Shown one piece after another: positions 51,400 to 64,000 of a DNA stretch of 64,000 bases. The notes under the pieces are model-generated. The model worked only from the letters and a program-made list of their open reading frames with translations, had not been told where the DNA came from and searched no databases. Source of the stretch: Bugula neritina. Lineage: Eukaryota > Animalia > Bryozoa. Position 1 is the stretch's first letter. Each line of letters begins with the position of its first letter. The position numbers and the translations under genes are program-made. Where the stretch lies: NCBI GenBank assembly GCA_964035545.1, contig CAXIUT010000064.1, positions 1-64,000 on the forward strand, in the 5' to 3' direction.

Positions 51400-54050
51400 T
51401 CAGCTAAATTAAGTAAAATTTATTATACTTCTATACAATTATTACTAATCTTATAAAGTATTTATTTTTATTAAAAATATTCTGTTTTTTACTTATTAAA
51501 AAAAAAAATTACTTAAATTCCCCATATTGGTTATATAATTAGGCGTAACTGATCAACATGCAATTTTTATACAATTGATTATAATTGGCCTATCGTCTCC
51601 GGTCCTCTCGTACTGAGATAATTATAATTTTTTTTTTTATTACGTACAGTAGATAGGGACCAAACTGTCTCACAACGTTTTGAACCCAGCTCACGTACCA
51701 TTTTATTTGACGAACAGTCAAACCCTTGGCAGCGTATGCTCCGCCAGGATATGATGAGCCGACATCGAGGTGCCAAACGATTTCTTCAATAGGAGCTCTC
51801 AAAAATCATTAGCCTGTTATCCCTAGCGTACCTTTTATTCGTTGATCGATTTTTTTAGCAATATAAAAAATCGGTTCAATATGACAGAGTTACCTCCTTA
51901 TATTACTAGTTAGTAATATAATCAGACTTATTTTGATCATTCATCTTTTTCTATATAATATATAGACTAAATCTTGTATTCACCTCCGTTACTTTTTAGG
52001 AGGTTGCCGCCCCAGCTAAACTGTCTTTCTAACAAAAAATAATACCATACAATTATTTTTAACTAACATATATAAAAAGTAGTTTTCCATTATTAAAAAA
52101 TTTACTACATATCTATATTTTATATACATTTAATTAATTATTAGATAACAGTAAAGGTGCATAGGGTCTCTCCGTCTAGCTGTACATTAACGCATCTTCA
52201 CGTTTAATTCAATTTCATAAAGTTAGTATTAGAGACAGTAGGGCAGTCGTTACACCATTCGTGCAGGACGGAACTTACCCGTCAAGGGATTTTGCTACCT
52301 TAGGACCGTTAGGATTACGGCCGCCGTTTATTGGGGCTTATACATAAACAGGATGTTTATGTTTTTTACCTTGCAACACTGGGCAGGTGTCAGACTTTAT
52401 ACTTCATAACTATACTTAGCAAAGTCTTATGTTTTTGTTAAACAGTCGCTACCCTCATTTATTATAACTATTTAGTTCTTTTTCTCCCGAAGTTACAAAG
52501 ATAATTTGCAGAGTTCCTTTAATACTATTATCTTTTATACCTTAGCTTACTCAGCTTATTAACTTGTGTTAGTATTAGTACAGTTTTTATTTTACAATTT
52601 TTTCTATATATTAAATTTATATGAATATATATATATATATATATACTTTAATATTTAATATAGTTTTTATAAAATTCATCACTTTTTTTTTTTTAAAAAA
52701 GTTTAGATACTGTATTACATGTAATAAATTTATTTTAATTACATAACCCTATAATATTAGGTATATATGTTTATACATATAATTATTACTCATATTAGCA
52801 TAATTAATCTTTATATTTCCAATTTTTTTTACAAAAAATCTTCTACAATATAAAAGACACTCCACTACCTAATGTGTAATTTCAATAAATAGTTTTTTAA
52901 CATTAATTTTAGAAAATTAAATATATGTTTATTAATTATATACAAAAAAAATATTTGATCTTTTACGATTTCTTAAAAGAATGGCTGATTCTAAGCCTAT
53001 CTCTATATTTAATATTTAGTAATTTTCTTAATATTAACTATTTTTTATTATTTTAATTTACACTCTGGGCTGTTTCCCTCTCGACATTTAATCTTTGCAC
53101 TAAATGTCTGTTTAAATATAAATATAGATACTAATTTATAAATTAATTTTCATTATCTCATTACCAAATATCTATATAATATTCACTTTACTTAAATAAA
53201 TTTCGTGGAGAACCAGCTATAACTAAGCTTGATAAGCCTTTCACCCCTAATAACAAATCATCTCAAAATTTTGCAACATTTACGAGTTCAGCCTAATGCT
53301 TGTTCATTATTAGATCGCTTAGTTTCGGGTCAAATACTATAAACTAAATTATTTTCACTATGCTTACGCTTGCTTATAGTATTTACTTGCTAATCCATTA
53401 TACAAAAGGTACAATAAAACATTCGCTTTATTTGATTTAATACATTAAAATTCAGTATTACTCATATTAATATGTTATTTCATCTATTTTTCGCAAAATA
53501 TAATCTATAAAACTTAAGTTTTTTAGCAGTTAATTTACTAAATTTTTATAGTTATATAGATTAATAAGTAAACTTAATAGGTATTAAAAATTTTAAAAAA
53601 TTTAAAATACACTAAAATATTAATATTACTTACTTAAATTTAATAGATTTAATTTTACTTAAATATATATATACAAAATTTAAATAAGTATATGATATTG
53701 TTTAATATATTAATACTATATACTTTTAAATCAATCTTAAAGATCTACTTTTTTACAAGACTTTCACTTTCTATGGTTTATTTTTTTCAAAATAATTATT
53801 AAAATTTTTTATTTTCTGCTAACTATTTTCGATCATCTCTACAATAGTTCTCAATTGAATTTTATAATTATATACTAAAATATTTTTCTTCTACAATATA
53901 ATCCTATTATTATTCATTAAAGACCAGGTCGTAATAATGATATATTCTTTATAAGAAAAATCTTTTACTCCATAGTTTTTAAATTATTCCTAATAATATA
54001 ACTTAAGTTTTAGACATCCTTCTAATGTAATTTTTTTAGCTAATTAATTC
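51400..54050 (-). rRNA. rnl: Large subunit rRNA (boundaries approximate)
   Basis: PTC motifs (GATGAGCCGACATCGAGGTGCCAAAC on +), GAGAACCAGCTATAACT, and 5'-domain-like AGACATCCTTC near 54015. Confidence 0.93.
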
Positions 54051-54071
54051 AATAAAAATATAAACTATATA

Positions 54072-56157
54072 AAAAATTTAATTTACCTACAGATTCATCT
54101 ACCAGTACCTTGTGTCAACTTAATTCAAATAACCTTTAAACTAATCAAACTTTTTTTTTTTTTTTATCATAGTGACACTTAAAAATCTATTTATTTCATT
54201 GCAAGAAAAAAAAAAAGGTAAGCGTCTTTATTAATCTAAAAACGCTCCGAATGTGATGGGCGGTGTGTGCAAAACTATTGTATTAATTCGCCATAACATC
54301 GTTATTTATGGTTACTAACGATTTCAACTTCTTCACTTCTGTTTCAGAAATGATTCTGCACTTTGATAATTTTTTAAACTGTCTCTAAATTACTTTTTTG
54401 AATTTTTTTGTTTTTATCATTGTAATACGTGTGTAGCCCAATATACTTAGATCGTGAGGACTTGACTTCAATTTACTTTAAAAATACACTTTCATAGAGT
54501 TTGTATATCAATAACTAGTAAGATTACGTTCGTTATATAAACTTAATTATACACGTCAAAGCACGAACTGACGACAGCCATGCAGTACTATTTAAATATT
54601 AATTTAATTTTAATTTATTTAATTTATTATTATTACATATTGGTAAGATTTTACGTGGATTATCGCATTAAACCACATATTCCACCGTTCGATATAATTC
54701 CCGCCAATTCTGTTAGCTTTGAGATTTGCAACTGTACTCACCAGGTAGATTATTTTAACGTAAATTTTAATAATAATCAACATTCAGGGTAGAGATTACT
54801 AGGGTCTCTAATCCTATTCATTTCCTCTACTTTCGTGTTTTAGCGTCAGATAAAACCGGTAAAATTCATTAGAATAATGGCAAAATTATTTAAATAATAG
54901 CGTATTTTATCACTCTTTAAATAAGTTTTTTTACTTTTGTTTAATCTCAAAAATATTTTATATTACACATAATTTCAATTTATAAATCTAGTAGTATGTA
55001 TAATTTTATTTAGCCCACACACCTTTTACACCCAATCATGCTGAATAACGCTTGTTGCTCAGGTCTTACCGCGGCTGCTGGCACCTGTATTTGCCACAAC
55101 TTCTTTTTATGTTTAATATCATAATTTTTACATTTGGATAAACTTTACAACTTCTATAGTTTTCGTCGTTTCCGTTAAATTGATAGGTCATACTTTCGTA
55201 CATTGCCTAATATTCTTCACTGCTGCCGTATGGTGGGGTTGTTTTCATACCCCATGTGGATGATTCTTCTCTCAAATCAACTAAAGATTATAGGCATATT
55301 AAAACAGCTAATTTTAGTTTTAATATATACCTAATCTTACCCCATAAAACGTAAACCTAAAAATTTTTTAAATTATTAAGTATTTAAATATATATATACA
55401 ATTATATATATATATATATATACAATTAATAACTTAATTAGCATTAGTTTATTATTTTTTTATATAAATAGTTTTTAGAAATTTTATAAAAAAAAATTTT
55501 ATTTAAAATCACTTTAAAAATTAAAATTTTATAAAAATAATTTTACCTAAAATTACTTTAAAAAATTAAAATTTTATAAACTTTATTATATCTAATAAAT
55601 AAAGTAAAATAATAAAAAAATTTTTTATAATAATTAACAAAAATAAATACAAAAAATTTAATAACATTTTCCTAAGACAACAATTAAATAAAAATATTGG
55701 TTTATATTTTATTTATTTGCCTCCATAAAGTGGCATACGTATATTGGTATCGTTGTTAATACCGTACCAATATACAGATTAATTCAAAATTAATTAATAA
55801 TTTATTTTTCAAAAAAATTAATTAATACAATTAAAATACTATTGTTAATGTAGTAAATTTAATATTAAGAATAAATCTTTTGTCTGTATACCCCCTTAAC
55901 ATAGTTAAATTTACTAATACTTATAACACGAATATACACACAACTTTCATGTGTACATTTTCTACGTTAAAAATTTTTTAAATCTATTAAAAGTATTTAA
56001 CTTTCAGAATCCTATTTTACTAAGCTTACTCACCACGACGCTATTTTATTTATTTTTTAAATTTTTAATTTAAAAAATAATCCCATTCAACTTGCATGTG
56101 TTATACATTTAACTAGCGTTCACTCTAAGCCAAGATCACACTCATAAATTTAATTAC
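54072..56157 (-). rRNA. rns: Small subunit rRNA including a ~0.6 kb AT-rich insertion/spacer (boundaries approximate)
   Basis: 27F-like ATGAGTGTGATCTTGGCTTAG, ACACATGCAAG, GTGCCAGCAGCCGCGGTAA, GCACACACCGCCC and 1492-like motifs. Confidence 0.95.
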
Positions 56158-56259
56158 TAACCTTGATTCACAATATGTATATATATATATATATATATAA
56201 ATTTTAATTATTAAAACTTAACTAAAGAAAAAAAATAAAGATAGATTTTTAATTTTTTT

Positions 56260-57250
56260 TTTTTGTTTATTATAAATAAAGTAATATCAAATAGAGATAT
56301 GTTTTATTAAATAAAAAAATTACTTAGTAGAAATTTTTTTATAAACTTTTTTTATCTATTATAAATATAGCAACATTAAACAAAAATATGTTTTTTTTTT
56401 ACTGGTAAAAAAAAAATTTTTATTTATTATAAGTAAGGCAATATTTAGTGGATATATTTTAGTGATTAAAAAATACTTGGTAGAATTTTTTTTATCTATT
56501 ATAAGTAATAAAATATTAAGTTACAATATATTTTTACTTATAAAAAAAAAAATATTTAATAGAAATTTTTTTTATTTTCTGTTTATTATAAGTAATAATA
56601 CATTAAGTTATAACATATTTTTACTTGTAAAAAAAAAAATATTTAATAGAAATTGTTATAATTTTTTTTTATTTATTATTTATTATAGGTAATAAAACAT
56701 TAAATTATAACATATTTTTATTTGTAAAAAAAAAAACTATTTAATAGAAATTTTTTTTATTTTCTGTTTATTATAAGTAATAAAACATTAAGTTATAACA
56801 TATTTTTACTTGTAAAAAAAAAATATTTAATAGAAATTTTTATAATTTTTTTTTTTATTTATTATTTATTATAAATAATAAAACATTAAATTATAACATA
56901 TTTTTATTTGTAAAAAAAAAAAAACTATTTAATAGAAATTTTTTTTACTTTTCTGTTTATTATAAGTAATAATCCGTTAAGTTATAACATATTTTTACTT
57001 GTAAAAAAAAAAATATTTAATAGAAATTTTTATAATTTTTTTTTATTTATTATTTATTATAGGTAATAAAACATTAAATTATAACATATTTTTATTTGTA
57101 AAAAAAAAAACTATTTAATAGAAATTTTTTTTACTTTTCTGTTTATTATAAGTAATAAACCGTTAAGTTATAACATATTTTTACTTGTAAAAAAAAAATT
57201 ATTTAGTAAAAATTTTTATAATTTTTTTTATCTATTATTAATAAAGTAAC
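56260..57250. repeat. Array of the ~87-100 bp A/T-tract repeat upstream of rns
   Basis: Alternating two-variant units, same family as 7760-8290. Confidence 0.85.
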
Positions 57251-58899
57251 GCTGAATAAATATATTTTTTAGTGATCAAGAATAGTTTAAATAGAATTTT
57301 TTGAAAACTTTTTATAACTATCTTATCCTGTATATACGAAAAAAATAATAAGATAGAATATATATATGTATATATTACTTATATTATATTAGTATAAAAT
57401 TTTTAAGTTACTTATCTTATATTATATTAGTATAAAATTTTTAAGTTATTTATTTTTTTTAAAAATATTATAAAATACAATGATAAAACATATAAATATT
57501 ATATAATTTCTAATTCTATAAAATTTTACATAACTTTTTTTTTTGATATAAATAGTATAAAAATAATAATAATAAAAATTCTACAGGTAAATTATTTTAA
57601 ATTTTTTTTATATTCTCCCTTTTTTTTTTCGTATAAGTTGCAAGATTAAAAAAAAAAAAATATTTATGAAAAAATAATTTTTTAAATTTTTCATATAAAC
57701 TATTTGCTGCAGAAATTGTAAAGTAATAAAAACGTAGAAAGATTTTTATAAAGAAAAAAAAAAAGCATTCATTAGAAATAAAATACTTCTTTTATTATAA
57801 ATATTGGGTAAGAAGAATAACAAATTAAAAAGTAAATATGAATTATCTTCAAAAATTGATTTTTTTCTCTTTTTTTTTTTATTAACTATGTAAAAAGAAT
57901 CATATAAAGATTATATTTCTAATACAAAGTATTAATTAATTAAAATTTTTTGTATAATAAATTATTAAAAATTTTATTAACTTATCATATTAAAGTAAGT
58001 ATATATATATATATACTAGTACAAGTACTAACTGCACATTTAAAAAAAAAAAATAACAATTTATTATTAATAGTCAAAAAATAATATGTAATTTCATAAA
58101 TTAATAATAATTATCATAATACTCAGTTAAATAATAATTATTATTATTAATAACATAATTAATTAACACACTAATAAATAAAATAATATAGAAAATTTTA
58201 AACAATATACCATATTTTATTTACCAACAACTAAAAAACTATAAAGTTTTTAATGCAAATTATTTAAAAAATATGATAAAAAAAGTATAATTTTCTTTAA
58301 TAAACAATTAATTTTAATTTTGTATGCACATATATATATCTTATAATTAATTTTACTCTTCAACAATAACATAAAACACCCTTCCAATCATCACTGATCA
58401 TTGATATTAATAAAACATATTACAAATTGATGATCAATTGATGATAATTATAATTAAATAATTAATCATATCAATATGTATGTATTCATACAACTATAAT
58501 TTAAAAAAAAAAAATGTGATTAGTAATTTTTTCCTTCTAACCAATAAATTAGAATACATTATATTTCAAATACCATTATATTACAAATTACATTTAAACT
58601 TTAAAATGTTTTTAATAAAATAAAATAAAAAATATTTTTGTTATAAATTACTAATAACTATACAATTAAATAATCTAATATAATTAATTGTTATTTATAC
58701 TTAATATAAATAAATAAATACAAATTAATTTTTTTTTTTATAAGTATAAATATACTATAAATTTTTAATATACAATGAAGAATTGTAATTTATTACTATT
58801 CATTTATAGATATATTATGATTATATTAACTTTATCAAATTTTACTATATTACAACATACATATATATTGCGAATATGTCAATTCCTTTTATTATATAT

Positions 58900-59540
58900 T
58901 AAATTATATATATATTGTAATATACAAATATAAATATTATAATTACATATATATATATTTTATAATTATATATTTATATAATGTAATATAATATATAAAT
59001 ATATATATATAAAAAAATTTATTATTTACATAATATAATATATAAATATTTATTTATATAATATATAAATTTATTATTTATATATATATGTATATATATA
59101 TATATATATTAAAAATATAAAATTATATATTTATATAATATATATAATATAATAAATAAATATATATTTATATAATACATAAATTTATTATTTATGTATA
59201 TATATATATATATTTATATTTATATAATATATATAATATAATAAATAAATATATATTTATATAATATATAAATTTATTATTTATATAATATATATAATAT
59301 ATATAATATAATATATATATAGATATATATGTATAATTAAATATAAATTTATATATTTATAATATGTATATATATATATATATATAAATTTATATATTTA
59401 TATGATATATATATATATTTATTATATAGTTATATGATATATATAATGTAATATATATATATATATAAATATAAATGATATATACATATATAATTATAAA
59501 ATATATAAACATATACGTATATGTATAATGTATATAAATA
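58900..59540. promoter_or_regulatory. Almost pure A/T low-complexity tract; candidate replication/transcription origin
   Basis: (TA)n-rich with internal repeats, upstream of all genes; C-rich to the left and G-rich to the right on the + strand. Confidence 0.5.
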
Positions 59541-60289
59541 AAAAATTGAAGTATAAATTCGTATAAAATAATATTAATTTGGTCTTATTTTTAATAATTA
59601 AATATTAAATTTTATATTAATATATATGGGTATATGTATAAGTTTTACAATTGTATAAGTGTATAAAGTATATATTAAATTTTTTTTAAGTATATTATTA
59701 AGATATGTTGATTGTAAGAGTATTAGATATATTAAATATAGAAAAATTAAAAATTTGATAATTGTCGTAATTTATTAATTTATATGGGTTATATGTTTTT
59801 ACGTAGGTATAAGTCTGTTAGTATGTATATACATATTTATATTAGGCATTATAATGGTATATGTGTTTAGTATATATATAAAAGTGTATTTTTATAAGAT
59901 TGGTTATGTAATTATATCGATGCATATTTGATAAACTAATTGTATTTAGAAAAGGATAAAAAGCGTAATATATGTATATATATATATATAATTGGTTAAT
60001 TGATGTGGTTATAAGTAATTTATTTAGTAGTAAAGTGATTGATTGATAATTATAGATATAAGTATGGGTATATATTTACGTACACAGATAAATTTTTTTA
60101 TGAATAAATATATTTGAAATAATGGTGATATGGCTATTCTTAATTGTAATTTTTTCATATTTTATAATTAAAGTTGAAGTTATGGTATTAATATAAATAT
60201 ATTTATTTGAGCGTTAACTATACTAATTTTAAATATTTTTTTTTAATTATTATTATAAATTTTTTTATATAAAATTTATTTAAATACTT

Positions 60290-63200
60290 TATTTATCAAA
60301 TTTTAAAGATTTTTTATAATAAAATAAAGCTGTAAATTTCTTACACAAAACTTACTTAATTACCTTATTTATCAAATTTTAAATATTTTTTATAATAAAT
60401 TAAAGTTATAAATTTCTTACATAAAATCTACTTGAATAACTTATCTATCAAATTTTAAATATTTTTATAATAAATTAAAGTTATAAATTTCTTACATAAA
60501 ACCTACTTGAATAACTTATCTATCAAATTTTAAATACCTTTTTATAATAAATTAAAGTTATAAATTTCTTACATAAAACCTATTTGAATAACTTATCTAT
60601 CAAATTTTAAATATTTTTTATAATAAATTAAAGCTGTAAATTTCTTACATAAAACCTACTTGAATAACTTATCTATCAAATTTTAAATATTTTTATAATA
60701 AATTAAAGTTATAAATTTCTTACATAAAACCTACTTAAATAACTTATCTATCAAATTTTAAATATTTTTTATAATAAATTAAAGCTGTAAATTTCTTACA
60801 TAAAACCTACTTGAATAACTTATCTATCAAATTTTAAATATTTTTATAATAAATTAAAGTTATAAATTTCTTATATAAAACCTACTTAATTACCTTATCT
60901 ATCAAATTTTAAATACCTTTTTATAATAAATTAAAGTTATAAATTTCTTATATAAAACCTACTTAATTACCTTATCTATCAAATTTTAAATACCTTTTTA
61001 TAATAAATTAAAGTTATAAATTTCTTACATAAAACCTACTTAAATAACTTATCTATCAAATTTTAAATACCTTTTTATAATAAATTAAAGCTGTAAATTT
61101 CTTACATAAAACCTACTTGAATAATTTATTTATATAAGATTTGTATAAGAAATTTATAACTTTAATTTATTATATAAAACCTACTTAATTACCTTATCTA
61201 TCAAATTTTAAATACCTTTTTATAATAAATTAAAGCTGTAAATTTCTTACATAAAACCTACTTGAATAATTTATTTATATAAGATTTGTATAAGAAATTT
61301 ATAACTTTAATTTATTATAAAAAGGTATTTAAAATTTGATAGATAAGTTATTTAAGTAGGTTTTATGTAAGAAATTTATAACTTTAATTTATTATAAAAA
61401 ATATTTAAAATTTGATAGATAAGGTAATTAAGTAGGTTTTATATAAGAAATTTATAACTTTAATTTATTATAAAAAGGTATTTAAAATTTGATAGATAAG
61501 TTATTTAAGTAAGTTTTATGTAAGAAATTTATAACTTTAATTTATTATAAAAAGGTATTTAAAATTTGATAGATAAGGTAATTAAGTAGGTTTTATGTAA
61601 GAAATTTATAACTTTAATTTATTATAAAAATATTTAAAATTTGATAGATAAGTTATTTAAGTAAATTTCTTATATAAAACCTACTTAATTACCTTATCTA
61701 TCAAATTTTAAATATTTTTATAATAAATTAAAGTTATAAATTTCTTATATAAAACCTACTTGAATAACTTATCTATCAAATTTTAAATACCTTTTTATAA
61801 TAAATTAAAGTTATAAATTTCTTATATAAAACCTACTTAATTACCTTATCTATCAAATTTTAAATACCTTTTTATAATAAATTAAAGTTATAAATTTCTT
61901 ACATAAAACCTATTTGAATAACTTATCTATCAAATTTTAAATACCTTTTTATAATAAATTAAAGCTGTAAATTTCTTACATAAAACCTACTTAATTACCT
62001 TATCTATCAAATTTTAAATACCTTTTTATAATAAATTAAAGTTATAAATTTCTTATATAAAACCTACTTAATTACCTTATCTATCAAATTTTAAATATTT
62101 TTTATAATAAATTAAAGTTATAAATTTCTTACATAAAACCTATTTGAATAACTTATCTATCAAATTTTAATACCTTTTTATAATAAATTAAAGCTGTAAA
62201 TTTCTTACATAAAACCTACTTAATTACCTTATCTATCAAATTTTAAATACCTTTTTATAATAAATTAAAGTTATAAATTTCTTACATAAAACCTACTTAA
62301 ATAACTTATCTATCAAATTTTAAATACCTTTTTATAATAAATTAAAGTTATAAATTTCTTATACAAATCTTATATAAATAAATTATTCAAGTAGGTTTTA
62401 TGTAAGAAATTTATAACTTTAATTTATTATAAAAAATATTTAAAATTTGATAGATAAGGTAATTAAGTAGGTTTTATATAAGAAATTTATAACTTTAATT
62501 TATTATAAAAAGGTATTTAAAATTTGATAGATAAGTTATTTAAGTAAGTTTTATGTAAGAAATTTATAACTTTAATTTATTATAAAAAGTTATTATTGTT
62601 ATTTAAAATTTGATAGATAAGGTAATTAAGTAGGTTTTATGTAAGAAATTTATAACTTTAATTTATTATAAAAATATTTAAAATTTGATAGATAAGTTAT
62701 TTAAGTAAATTTCTTATATAAAACCTACTTAATTACCTTATCTATCAAATTTTAAATATTTTTATAATAAATTAAAGTTATAAATTTCTTATATAAAACC
62801 TACTTAAATAACTTATCTATCAAATTTTAAATATTTTTTATAATAAATTAAAGCTGTAAATTTCTTACATAAAACCTACTTAATTACCTTATCTATCAAA
62901 TTTTAAATACCTTTTTATAATAAATTAAAGTTATAAATTTCTTATATAAAACCTACTTAATTACCTTATCTATCAAATTTTAAATATTTTTTATAATAAA
63001 TTAAAGCTGTAAATTTCTTACATAAAACCTACTTGAATAATTTATTTATATAAGATTTGTATAAGAAATTTATAACTTTAATTTATTATAAAAAGGTATT
63101 TAAAATTTGATAGATAAGTTATTTAAGTAGGTTTTATGTAAGAAATTTATAACTTTAATTTATTATAAAAAATATTTAAAATTTGATAGATAAGGTAATT

Positions 63201-64000
63201 AAGTAGGTTTTATATAAGAAATTTATAACTTTAATTTATTATAAAAAGGTATTTAAAATTTGATAGATAAGGTAATTAAGTAGGTTTTATGTAAGAAATT
63301 TACAGCTTTAATTTATTATAAAAAATATTTAAAATTTGATAGATAAGGTAATTAAGTAGGTTTTATATAAGAAATTTATAACTTTAATTTATTATAAAAA
63401 GGTATTTAAAATTTGATAGATAAGTTATTTAAGTAAGTTTTATGTAAGAAATTTATAACTTTAATTTATTATAAAAAGGTATTTAAAATTTGATAGATAA
63501 GGTAATTAAGTAGGTTTTATGTAAGAAATTTATAACTTTAATTTATTATAAAAATATTTAAAATTTGATAGATAAGTTATTTAAGTAAATTTCTTATATA
63601 AAACCTACTTAATTACCTTATCTATCAAATTTTAAATATTTTTATAATAAATTAAAGTTATAAATTTCTTATATAAAACCTACTTAAATAACTTATCTAT
63701 CAAATTTTAAATATTTTTTATAATAAATTAAAGCTGTAAATTTCTTACATAAAACCTACTTAATTACCTTATCTATCAAATTTTAAATACCTTTTTATAA
63801 TAAATTAAAGTTATAAATTTCTTATATAAAACCTACTTAATTACCTTATCTATCAAATTTTAAATATTTTTTATAATAAATTAAAGCTGTAAATTTCTTA
63901 CATAAAACCTACTTAATTACCTTATCTATCAAATTTTAAATACCTTTTTATAATAAATTAAAGTTATAAATTTCTTATATAAAACCTACTTAATTACCTT
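60290..64000. repeat. ~75-77 bp tandem array with repeated orientation inversions; probable second terminus
   Basis: Unit TTATCTATCAAATTTTAAATA(CC)TTTTTATAATAAATTAAAG(T/C)T(A/G)TAAATTTCTTA(C/T)ATAAAACCTACTT..; inverted blocks at ~61280-61665, 62385-62705 and 63050-63587. Confidence 0.9.

Noticed and set aside
51579-54792. Track ORFs 51579-51776, 51590-51802 and 54580-54792
   Set aside because: They lie inside conserved rnl/rns sequence.
56462-56692. + strand 76-aa ORF
   Set aside because: It is a translation of the A/T-tract tandem repeat.

Overview
This window appears to hold an essentially complete, very AT-rich ciliate mitochondrial genome (oligohymenophorean-type ymf genes; TGA=Trp, so the supplied standard-code ORF track fragments most genes). 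Every recognisable gene lies on the minus strand. The core runs from about 20 kb to 56 kb: split nad1, nad2 and rps3, nad3/4/4L/5/6/7/9/10, cob, cox1, cox2, ymf68, atp9, ymf66, yejR, ribosomal proteins, trnF/W/E/M and adjacent rns-rnl; rpl6 and trnY are isolated at 8.6-9.3 kb. The left end is a ~5.1 kb array of a 61-bp unit, probably a telomere. The main finding is that this unit is an ungapped 49/56 match to the 5' end of the genome's own SSU rRNA gene, and a two-unit intermediate is still attached to an rns pseudogene at 16.6 kb. The 5-20 kb region is accessory: segmental duplications, a 1.25-kb 4x tandem cassette, an orphan 'PGYP' membrane-protein family and trnW-derived tRNA-like genes with 6-nt anticodon loops. 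The right end has a pure-AT tract at a G/C skew switch and a ~76-bp array whose orientation flips repeatedly. Other candidates are an unannotated rpl32-like ORF and a 42-nt tRNA-like punctuation element before cox2. Coordinates were derived by hand. Gene names rest on recalled motifs and synteny, not database searches.
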